Assembly: GCA_963675755.2 (NCBI GenBank)
Contig: CAXXMD010000002.1
Span: 1,376,001-1,440,000, forward strand
DNA length: 64,000 nucleotides
DNA from: a bacterium
Lineage (GTDB): Bacteria > Zhuqueibacterota > Zhuqueibacteria > Residuimicrobiales > Krinioviventaceae
Direction: 5' to 3'
Positions 10,106-18,526 of the stretch are shown here, piece by piece; position 1 is the stretch's first letter; each line of letters opens with the position of its first letter. The notes under the pieces were generated by a model. It was not told the origin of the DNA. It ran no database searches and worked only from the letters and a program-made list of their open reading frames with translations. Made by a program: the position numbers and the translations under genes.

Positions 10106-11320
10106 CTATTTCTCAGGGAAATATAGAATTTCCAGATCCGCTTCTTTAACCGCGTTATCCAGCAATTCTTTCATATTTTCAATATTACTTTCAGCTTCAT
10201 GCACTTCATCCAGTTTTGCATGCGTTTCCGGACTTTTGGGGAGCAAGTAGCTGCAGCAATCATCATAAGGTTCAATCGAGGTTTCAAATGTATCCAGCTT
10301 TTGTGCCTGTTCGATAATATCTTCTTTATCCGAACCAATTAACGGTCGAAGTATGGGTAAATTCACCACTTCGGAAATCGCTATAATATTGTCCAAAGTT
10401 TGGCTTGCAACCTGTCCAACACTTTCACCGGTAACAAGTGCTTTTGCACCTTCTTTATATGCAATCATTTCCGCGAGTCGATACATCATTCTGCGGTACA
10501 TAATAATGCGCAGTTTGGGTGGCGTGTTGAGAATAATAGCTTCCTGGATTTTTGCAAGGGGCACAAAATAAATCACACTCTTGTATTGATACTGTGTCAA
10601 TTTTTCCGCAAGAATGCGTGTATTATACCAGGATGATTTTTCCGTAAAGGGAAAACTGTGAAAATGCACAAACACCACCTTACATCCTCGAGTCATCATC
10701 CGGTATGCGGCAACAGGAGAATCAATACCAGAGGATAACAAGCTAACCACCTTGCCGCTGCTTCCCACTGCAAGTCCCCGGATACCTTTAATCCGCTCAA
10801 AAGAGTAATATATTTTATGGTTAAATATTTCTATTGTACAGGTAAGTTCGGCATTTTTCAGATCTACTTTTTTCTGCATCCCCTCTACTACCCTGGCACC
10901 AACAATTTCGTTCACTTTAACAGAACTTATGGGATATACTTTATCCGCTCTTCGCGTATTAATTCGAAAACTCTCAAAGTCCAGGTCTTTAATTTTTTCA
11001 TAAACCTGTTCTTTCAGTACATCCACATCCCAGTCACCACGATAAGCAATGTTAAAGTGGGCTATACCAATTACTTTGGACAACCGTTCACTAACTTTAT
11101 TCAAAGTGGATTCATCATCCATAAAAATAAACATTCGTCCATAATCATTGCGCACACGAATCCCCGGTATATCACTCACCGCCTTTTTCATACTTTCTTT
11201 GAGTCTCTTTTCAAAAAAACCGCGGTTCTTACCTTTCAGCCCCACTTCACTATAGTGCACCAGAATACATAAGGATTCTGAATTTTGTGTTTCAGTCATA
11301 AATCTTTCCAAATTTAACAT
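10106..11320 (-). CDS. thiI: tRNA 4-thiouridine synthase ThiI
   Basis: YSEVGLKGKNR, THUMP domain, LLSSGIDSPVA PP-loop, GESVGQVASQT and DCC motifs. Confidence 0.93.
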   Translation of the reverse strand: MLNLERFMTETQNSESLCILVHYSEVGLKGKNRGFFEKRLKESMKKAVSDIPGIRVRNDYGRMFIFMDDESTLNKVSERLSKVIGIAHFNIAYRGDWDVDVLKEQVYEKIKDLDFESFRINTRRADKVYPISSVKVNEIVGARVVEGMQKKVDLKNAELTCTIEIFNHKIYYSFERIKGIRGLAVGSSGKVVSLLSSGIDSPVAAYRMMTRGCKVVFVHFHSFPFTEKSSWYNTRILAEKLTQYQYKSVIYFVPLAKIQEAIILNTPPKLRIIMYRRMMYRLAEMIAYKEGAKALVTGESVGQVASQTLDNIIAISEVVNLPILRPLIGSDKEDIIEQAQKLDTFETSIEPYDDCCSYLLPKSPETHAKLDEVHEAESNIENMKELLDNAVKEADLEILYFPEK

Positions 11321-11393
11321 TCATAAAAAAATCCCTCCTGCGGATTTTATCCATAGAAAGGATTTTTAATAACATGATTACTATTAAAAATAT

Positions 11394-13382
11394 CTAGTCA
11401 ATGGATTCTGCAACGATCTGCGCAATATCCTTAACTGTAAGTTTTTCTTCCAAACCGGTTTCATTTATACCATCTGCAAACATGCTCATACAGAACGGAC
11501 ATGCGACACCAACAGTCGAAGCGCCACAGCTTTCAGCATCTTTAACGCGAATATGGTTAATACGTTGGCCTTCGGTTTCTTCCATAAACATGCGTCCACC
11601 ACCTGCACCACAGCAAAAGCTCTTGTTATGTGAGCGGTCCATTTCTACAAAGCCATCTTTACTGGCAGCTTTTAGCACATTACGGGGTTCATCATAAATC
11701 TGATTATAGCGACCAATGTAGCAAGAATCATGGAAGGTTATTTTACCATGTCCATTTGCATTTATCTTGATTTTGCCCGAGCTGACCAGCTCATTAATCA
11801 ACTGTGTATGATGAATGACTTCATAATGGCCTTCAAATTGAGGATATTCATTTTTGATCATATGAAATCCATGCGGACAACAAGTAACAATCTTTTTAAA
11901 CTTGTATTGTTTAAATACTTCAACATTCTGTTCAGCATTCATCTGAAACAGGTATTCATTACCCGCACGGCGAGCAGGATCACCACAGCATCCTTCTTCC
12001 ATGCCCAGTATTGCGTAATCAACACCTGCTGCATTTAATATTTTTGCAAATGCTTTTGATATTTCTTTACCGCGATCATCAAATGAACCGGAACATCCTA
12101 CAAACCAGAGATATTCAGCTTCCTGTTTTTCAGACATTAAAGGTATGTCAAGACCATCAGTCCAGTCTGCACGGGTACTGCTTCCCATATTCCAGGGATT
12201 CATATTGGTCTCAAGACCTTTAAAAGCAGCATTTAATTCCTGTGGGAAATTATTTTCCATCATCATTTGCGCGCGACGCATTTCAAGAATGGTTGGAATA
12301 TGTTCGTTAGATACAGGACAAGTTTCCATACATGCTCCACATGTGGTACATGCCCAGATCTCATCCTGGGTTAACCATTTTTCCATAATCGGTTCTGAAA
12401 TATCTTTACCGCCTAGAATATTTTCGCTCTCATGCATCATATGCTTACGGAGACTCATCATAACAACTTTGGGAGACAAGGCTTTATCGCTTTGAAAAGC
12501 GGGACAAACATCCTGGCAGCGACCGCAGTCTACACAGGAAAAAAAGTCGAGATTATTTTTCCACTGGAACTGGTTAATATTTGTTGCGCCAAATTCTTCT
12601 ACCTGCTCAAAATCAATCTTTTGCAAAGTACCAATGGGTTCATGTGTACGCAAAAAGATATTGATGGGTCCGGCAATGAGATGAAAATGTTTGGAATGTG
12701 GTATAAATACCAGAAATCCCAAAACCATTAAAATATGTGCCCACCAGAAAACTGCATTTGCAATCTCTAAAGAACTATGAGACATACCCTGAAGCAAAGG
12801 TACGGTAGCCCGTGTAAAAGGCATCCATGCGGCAAAAGACTGGCCATCATGCAATATAATTTCAGCAGCCTGGTTGAGTAAGTAGGTAACCATCAAACCA
12901 AAAATAAATGACAGTACAATTGCACTTTGTGGAGATTTTGAAATTTCTACAGGCTTTGTAATACCATCGGGTTTGACAGCAAAACGACGAATACCCATAT
13001 ATACGGAACCAACAATACACAAAATAGCAACAATATCCACACCCAGGAACCAAATATCATTAACAATATTCTTTCCAAAAAAAGAAAATCCGGGTACCCA
13101 TGCACCAACAACATGATTAATGGTTGCAACAGAAAAAAAGACAAAACCATAAAAAATAAAAGCATGCATAATACCTGCAACCGGTCTGTCTTTGATTGAA
13201 CAAAGCTGAGACATGACTTTGCCAACCACATAGGTTAAACGACCAACCGGATTATCCAAACGGTTTACATCTTTTAAACCGGATTTAACAAGACGATAAC
13301 GCTTACGTACCTCTAATGAAAAGAATGCAATTGCCGCAGCAATACATAACAGTAAAATGATTTGACCAACTATTCCCAACAA
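11394..13382 (-). CDS. membrane-bound heme b/Fe-S oxidoreductase (FadF/HdrD-like; probable ETF:menaquinone oxidoreductase)
   Basis: N-terminal TM helices with His residues; CVDCGRCQDVCP and CTTCGACMETCP clusters; two CCG domains; directly downstream of etfBA. Confidence 0.85.
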   Translation of the reverse strand: MLGIVGQIILLLCIAAAIAFFSLEVRKRYRLVKSGLKDVNRLDNPVGRLTYVVGKVMSQLCSIKDRPVAGIMHAFIFYGFVFFSVATINHVVGAWVPGFSFFGKNIVNDIWFLGVDIVAILCIVGSVYMGIRRFAVKPDGITKPVEISKSPQSAIVLSFIFGLMVTYLLNQAAEIILHDGQSFAAWMPFTRATVPLLQGMSHSSLEIANAVFWWAHILMVLGFLVFIPHSKHFHLIAGPINIFLRTHEPIGTLQKIDFEQVEEFGATNINQFQWKNNLDFFSCVDCGRCQDVCPAFQSDKALSPKVVMMSLRKHMMHESENILGGKDISEPIMEKWLTQDEIWACTTCGACMETCPVSNEHIPTILEMRRAQMMMENNFPQELNAAFKGLETNMNPWNMGSSTRADWTDGLDIPLMSEKQEAEYLWFVGCSGSFDDRGKEISKAFAKILNAAGVDYAILGMEEGCCGDPARRAGNEYLFQMNAEQNVEVFKQYKFKKIVTCCPHGFHMIKNEYPQFEGHYEVIHHTQLINELVSSGKIKINANGHGKITFHDSCYIGRYNQIYDEPRNVLKAASKDGFVEMDRSHNKSFCCGAGGGRMFMEETEGQRINHIRVKDAESCGASTVGVACPFCMSMFADGINETGLEEKLTVKDIAQIVAESID

Positions 13383-13422
13383 AACTCTCTCCTTAAATAA
13401 TATTGATAATAACGGAATATTG

Positions 13423-14388
13423 TTATTTCAACTTTTTCATTTCTTCTGTTACAGCAGGAAGAACCTCAAACAGATCACCAACAATACTGTAATCCGCACG
13501 TTTAACAATAGGTGCTTCAGGATCTTTGTTGATGGCCACAATGCATTTTGAACCAGACATTCCCGCCCAATGCTGAATTGAACCGGATGCGCCGATCATA
13601 AAATACAATGAAGGAGAAACCACTTTACCGGTTTGACCAACCTGCTCATCATGGGGACGCCATTCAGCGTCGACAACCGCGCGTGTGGCACCCACTGCAC
13701 CACCAAGCGTACTGGCAAGTTCTTCAACAAGATTAAAATTTTCAGCGGAACGTAATCCGCGTCCACCGGTTACAATAATATCAGCATCAGCAACATCCAG
13801 CTTGTCACCACCGGTCTTTTTCACTTCTTTTACGGTAATTTTTGATTCAACCGCAGGTACATCCATAGATTCAACTGAACCCGCTTTGGCATCTTTAACC
13901 GCTTCAAACATACCCGATCGTAAAGAGATAACCTTGACATCACCTGCAACCTGAGCATTGGTAAACACTTTACCGGCGTAAAGTGAACGCTCAACAACAA
14001 TATCGTTGCCATTCACATTGATTCCAACACAATCAGATGCTACGGTTACACCCAGAGCTGCGGCAACTCGTGGAGCCAGATCGCGGGTTTGTGCAGTTGC
14101 CGAGAACAAAACAGTATCAGCAGAAGCATCCTGTACGGCTTTAACAACAATAGATTTATATACATCGGGATTATATTGTTCAAGACTAGCATTTTCAGCA
14201 GTAATAACAACATCAGCACCATATTCACCCAATACAGAAGCTTTATCTGCAACGGATGCGCCAATAACCAGTGCTTTTACATCAGCACCTGCACCATTGG
14301 CAATTTTACGGGCCTGAGAAACCGCTTCAAGAGATGCTTTTTTCAACTCACCATTTTGAATTTCTGTTACAACAAGTATAGTAGACAT
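13423..14388 (-). CDS. etfA: electron transfer flavoprotein alpha subunit
   Basis: GGRG, GATRAVVD, QVGQTGK, GASGSIQH and AINKDPEAPI motifs. Confidence 0.95.
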   Translation of the reverse strand: MSTILVVTEIQNGELKKASLEAVSQARKIANGAGADVKALVIGASVADKASVLGEYGADVVITAENASLEQYNPDVYKSIVVKAVQDASADTVLFSATAQTRDLAPRVAAALGVTVASDCVGINVNGNDIVVERSLYAGKVFTNAQVAGDVKVISLRSGMFEAVKDAKAGSVESMDVPAVESKITVKEVKKTGGDKLDVADADIIVTGGRGLRSAENFNLVEELASTLGGAVGATRAVVDAEWRPHDEQVGQTGKVVSPSLYFMIGASGSIQHWAGMSGSKCIVAINKDPEAPIVKRADYSIVGDLFEVLPAVTEEMKKLK

Positions 14389-14417
14389 TTATCTAGACCT
14401 CCGGATTTCTAAAATTA

Positions 14418-15170
14418 TTATATCACTTTGGCTTCTTCACGAAGCAGTCTAACGAGTTCTCCTGCGGCTTCAGGGCCTTCACCAACAACTTTACCATCCT
14501 GACGTGCGGGTGGATAACTCATCGTATCAATTTTAATGATGTCATCATCTACACTAACGGCTTCTTCAGCAATCTGTTTTTTCTTTGCCATCATAACACC
14601 ACGGATTGAGGGATATCTCGGTTCATTTAAACCTTTTTGGCAGGTAACAATACATGGCAAAGACACTTGAACAACTTCGGTCCCCCCTTCAATTTCGCGT
14701 TCGGCAGTAACAGAGCCATCTTCAACATCCAGTTTTGTCACAACTGTAACACAGGGAATTCCGAGTAGCTCACCCAACATGGGTCCCAGTACCATATTGC
14801 CATCATCGATGGTTTCTTTACCCATTAGAATAAGGTCATAATCCAGAGTTTTAATTTTTTCTGCAAGCAGTTTGGCAGCTGCAAAACCATCTATAGAATA
14901 CGCATCATATTTCAAATGTAAAACATCATCAACACCCATTGCAACAGCAGTCCGCAGCGCTTCTTTAACACGTTCGGGTCCCCAACTGATTGCGGTAACA
15001 TTTTCTGCCTTGCCGGCTTCTTTAATTTTTATAGATTCCTCAAGAGCAAATTCACAAAATGGATTTACAATAAATTTAATACCAGCCTCGGCAATACTTT
15101 TTTCATCAGAACCGATCTTGATATTTGCTTCAGTATCAGGAACTTGTTTAATACACGCTAAAATTTTCAC
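14418..15170 (-). CDS. etfB: electron transfer flavoprotein beta subunit
   Basis: KQVPDT, ALEE, REIEGG and NEPRYPS motifs. Start placed at GTG 15170 after GGAGG (ORF track begins at 15254). Confidence 0.95.
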   Translation of the reverse strand: MKILACIKQVPDTEANIKIGSDEKSIAEAGIKFIVNPFCEFALEESIKIKEAGKAENVTAISWGPERVKEALRTAVAMGVDDVLHLKYDAYSIDGFAAAKLLAEKIKTLDYDLILMGKETIDDGNMVLGPMLGELLGIPCVTVVTKLDVEDGSVTAEREIEGGTEVVQVSLPCIVTCQKGLNEPRYPSIRGVMMAKKKQIAEEAVSVDDDIIKIDTMSYPPARQDGKVVGEGPEAAGELVRLLREEAKVI

Positions 15171-15225
15171 ATAAACCTCCAGTTCATTTTTCACTGTTCT
15201 ACAGCCTGCCCCGAAAAGGGATAAT

Positions 15226-15275
15226 AATATATAAAGCCACGACAGGAAAGTCAAATAATAATTGAATGGAATTCA
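15226..15275 (-). promoter_or_regulatory. putative sigma70 promoter for etfBA plus TGAA-N5-TTCA operator
   Basis: Minus-strand TTGACT (15254-15249)-17 bp-TATATT (15231-15226); TGAATGGAATTCA at 15263-15275. Confidence 0.55.
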
Positions 15276-15288
15276 GGCAATTACCCGA

Positions 15289-15867
15289 TCAGGCGGCGAT
15301 GCCATCCAGAATAACTTTGATAATCTGATCAGCAGAGTCTTCAAGGTCAATCTTTCTGGATTTTGACAGGGTCCAGTTCATTGAGATTTGATCAAGAGCG
15401 CCAAATAAAATCTGCTTAAATATTGTAGGATGAATCTCTTTTTTAAACTCGCCATTGCTTTGACCAAATATAAAAGCTTCGGAAATAATGTTCAAATATT
15501 CTTTATATTTAGTCCCATTATAACCATGGATAAATTTACTGCTCTGGCGTAATTCAAGTTCAAGCAGTTGTGCCATATCCGGTTTTTCACGTACCATGGT
15601 CAAATGACCTGTAATAAAGGCTTCTAATTTTTCTCGTGCAGTCTTTTTGCGCAGCAGATTGTTCTTCATATTATCTATAATAGGTACCATTTCTTCTTCA
15701 AATATAGAAATAAGGATATCATCTTTATTTGTAAAATATAAATAGGTTGTACCCGTAGCAACACCTGCCTGTCTGGCTATTTCTTCCACTTTGGCGTTAA
15801 AAAAACCGTCACGTGCAAAAACTTTGATTGCTGCCTGTAAAATTTTGGTACGTTTCACTGTGTCCAT
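15289..15867 (-). CDS. TetR/AcrR family regulator (FadR/YsiA-like)
   Basis: HTH motif ILQAAIKVFARDGF...IARQAGVATGTTYLYF.NKDDIL and a YsiA-like C-terminus. Confidence 0.9.
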   Translation of the reverse strand: MDTVKRTKILQAAIKVFARDGFFNAKVEEIARQAGVATGTTYLYFTNKDDILISIFEEEMVPIIDNMKNNLLRKKTAREKLEAFITGHLTMVREKPDMAQLLELELRQSSKFIHGYNGTKYKEYLNIISEAFIFGQSNGEFKKEIHPTIFKQILFGALDQISMNWTLSKSRKIDLEDSADQIIKVILDGIAA

Positions 15868-15918
15868 GCATTTCTCCGGATTAGTAGTAAAAGGTGTTTG
15901 TATAAATTACAAAAATTA

Positions 15919-16058
15919 TGAGTGACATTCAAATACTAAATTAATGAAGCGGCTTCATTTAGACTCATAAAGTAACTGACATTTTCCAATTTGTCAATAT
16001 TAAATATTGACAAAGGCATATTTTTTTGTTAACATTACAAAATATGAAGCAAATTCAT
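15919..16058. promoter_or_regulatory. back-to-back sigma70 promoters with three TGAA-N5-TTCA-like operators
   Basis: Plus strand TTGACA (16007-16012)-17-TAACAT (16030-16035). Minus strand TTGACA (15997-15992)-17-TACTTT (15974-15969). Operators at 15919-15931, 15945-15957 and 16045-16057. Confidence 0.7.
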
Positions 16059-16117
16059 GAAATAAAACCAACCGGAAAATGTTTTCCGAAATAACTAACC
16101 TAATCAAGGGAGGGAGT

Positions 16118-17608
16118 ATGCGTCGTTTAACAGCGATAGTAACCCTGACAATAACAATCTTATTCTTATCATCCCAGATTTTTGCCACAGGCCTTGACCT
16201 GACTGGTGTTGGTGCTCGCGCACAAGCATTAGGTGGCAATTACCGAGCAGTCTCTGATGACTGGAGCGCAATGCATTGGAATCCAGCCGGGATGGCTTTT
16301 ACCCAGGGTTTTACAGCAGGATTCAGTTCAGAACTGATTAAAGTTAATGTTGGTTACACCCCGGCACAGATAGCAGGTATGCAGTTTAGTACTATTAATA
16401 CTGATGAAACGAATAATGAACCCAAAACATTTTTTGTTCCTTCCGGTGGTGTTTATTACAGTAACGGCAAAACTGCTTTTGGTTTGGGAATTTGGGCTCC
16501 TTTTGGTCTTGGAGCAAAATGGGATGCGATGAACACCTCTGCTTATAACTCGAATTATCCCGAATATGATTTTGATGATGACCTGATGGTTATTAATATT
16601 CAGCCTACATTCGCTTACAAAGTAAACGATAAACTTTCTCTCGGTTTGGGTGTTGGTTTTGTAATGGCTGAAATCATGATCCAGAAACCCAACTTTACAC
16701 CAAACCCCTATATTTTCAACGAAACTCTAAGTGCTACAGTAGCTGGTAATGCTATACTTTACAATGGCTTGAATAATGCGGGTGCATTTAATTCCACATA
16801 CAATCATTTGATTACCGATACAAACCTGAATGGTAGTGGTTTCGGATACAGTATTAATGCCGGCTTGATGTTCAAACCCACTGAAACGTTATCCATTGGT
16901 GCATCCATGCAATACTATTCTACAATCACTTTGGATGGAACAGTAGACGCAACTGCATATTTTGCTGATAACGAAGCAGTTCATACAATTGTTGATTATT
17001 GGATTGCACCTCAAATTGCTCAAGATCCTTCATTGACAGATACAGAAAAACTGGTAATTTCCAATTATTATTCCGGTGGAAGCATAGCTAAAGCAAATGA
17101 AAATGATGTTACTGCTGATATGCCATTGCCTCTCAAATTAGGTTTGGGTATTTCCTGGACTGGTATTCCTAACCTGCTTCTTTGTGCCGATGTAGCTCTT
17201 ACACAATGGTCAGTATGGGACAGAATTGAAATTAAAGATGAAGACGGCAACTTGTTCAGTGAACTGGTTGAAGAGTGGGAAAACACCATTCGCTTTGGAG
17301 TAGGCGGAGAATACAATTTTGGCATGCTGGTTGCTCGTGGAGCATGGTACACTGAACCCAATGCTGCAGTTGATGAAACCATGACACTGAGTATTCCTGA
17401 CTTTAACAAACGTAATGTTTTAATGGGTGGTATTGGATTGCCCTTGGGTCCTGTAACTTTGCATGCCAGTTATGAAAAAATCATGGTTGGTGATAAAGAA
17501 GTTGCTGACTGGAATTATGATGCTGCTTCAAGCGGTTACCATAATCTTGCTGGTAGTTATAATATGAACATTGACATTGTCATGTTTGGATTGGATTACA
17601 ATTTTTAG
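16118..17608 (+). CDS. OmpP1/FadL/TodX family outer-membrane transporter
   Basis: Signal peptide; GARAQALGG, DDWSAMHWNPAG and APFGL motifs; C-terminal YNF. Start placed at ATG 16118 after GGAGG (ORF track begins at 16079). Confidence 0.88.
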   Translation: MRRLTAIVTLTITILFLSSQIFATGLDLTGVGARAQALGGNYRAVSDDWSAMHWNPAGMAFTQGFTAGFSSELIKVNVGYTPAQIAGMQFSTINTDETNNEPKTFFVPSGGVYYSNGKTAFGLGIWAPFGLGAKWDAMNTSAYNSNYPEYDFDDDLMVINIQPTFAYKVNDKLSLGLGVGFVMAEIMIQKPNFTPNPYIFNETLSATVAGNAILYNGLNNAGAFNSTYNHLITDTNLNGSGFGYSINAGLMFKPTETLSIGASMQYYSTITLDGTVDATAYFADNEAVHTIVDYWIAPQIAQDPSLTDTEKLVISNYYSGGSIAKANENDVTADMPLPLKLGLGISWTGIPNLLLCADVALTQWSVWDRIEIKDEDGNLFSELVEEWENTIRFGVGGEYNFGMLVARGAWYTEPNAAVDETMTLSIPDFNKRNVLMGGIGLPLGPVTLHASYEKIMVGDKEVADWNYDAASSGYHNLAGSYNMNIDIVMFGLDYNF

Positions 17609-17650
17609 TTTTTTTATTTGGAATAATGTAGTATATTTATAAGTTTTTAT

Positions 17651-17685
17651 CATCAGGGTCCCAACCAAAAAATGGGACCTTGATG
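17651..17685 (+). terminator. stem-loop after fadL-like gene (terminator or mRNA stabiliser)
   Basis: CATCAGGGTCCCA/TGGGACCTTGATG stem with no clear U tract. Confidence 0.45.
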
Positions 17686-18525
17686 AATAATAATAAATTC
17701 CGAATAAAAATGATTTTAAAAAAAACTGTATTACTATTATCATTAACACTACTTTTCTTTTGGTTCTCTTGCGATACGGATCCCGGTCTTGAACCCACTT
17801 CTAGCGGTATACATGGTACTGTTTTTTTTGAAAATGACTGGCCTGAAAATACTGACGAGATCATTGTTGTAGCATCTCTTAAATTCCCCCCCACGTCTAT
17901 CACTGATATTATTCTCAGTGATCCGCTTCCTTTGAATGTGGATTCAGCAGAATATACCATTTATACGGATCCTATGGATTTTGCAGCTATTGGTGTGGTT
18001 TGGAAAGAAAAAGACCAACCCTGGGATGTTACCAATATTATTGGCATCTATTTTCCCACTGAAAACAAATTTTCTCCCGGCACGGTTACAATCCCAAACA
18101 AAAATTCTATCATAGATTCAATAAATATTTATGCTGATTTATCAAACGCCAAACCCGCAGTAGAAAGTGAAATTCGGGGGACTTTGAGAGTTACAGGTGA
18201 TTGGCCGCAAGGTGCTACATCAGCACTGGTGGTTGCGTCGGTCCCTCTCCTCCCCTCAGGATTAATGGATATTACCATGGGCATCCCCATTGAAGCGGGA
18301 TTCGATTCTACGGCATACTCTTTATCATTACAACCCGGAACATATCGGCTTTTGGGAGTTTTGGTTCTGGTTGAAGGAGAACAAGTGGGCATTAACAGTA
18401 TCCGTGGATTGTATTATCAAAATCCGGGTGATGCGTTTCCGGGCTCTGTTCGAATTGCATCAGAAACATCAGTCATTGAAAACATTGATATAGATATTAA
18501 CTTTAACGAACCTGTATTTCCATAA
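17680..18525 (+). CDS. hypothetical lipoprotein with two tandem homologous beta-rich domains
   Basis: Lipobox-like WFSC; internal repeat SGIHGTV..DWP..VVAS versus SEIRGTL..DWP..VVAS. True start may be 17710. Confidence 0.7.
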   Translation: MMNNNKFRIKMILKKTVLLLSLTLLFFWFSCDTDPGLEPTSSGIHGTVFFENDWPENTDEIIVVASLKFPPTSITDIILSDPLPLNVDSAEYTIYTDPMDFAAIGVVWKEKDQPWDVTNIIGIYFPTENKFSPGTVTIPNKNSIIDSINIYADLSNAKPAVESEIRGTLRVTGDWPQGATSALVVASVPLLPSGLMDITMGIPIEAGFDSTAYSLSLQPGTYRLLGVLVLVEGEQVGINSIRGLYYQNPGDAFPGSVRIASETSVIENIDIDINFNEPVFP

Positions 18526-18526
18526 T

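Noticed and set aside
16000-16239. 79-aa minus-strand ORF across the fadL start
   Set aside because: Overlaps the fadL promoter and signal-peptide codons; no evidence of coding.
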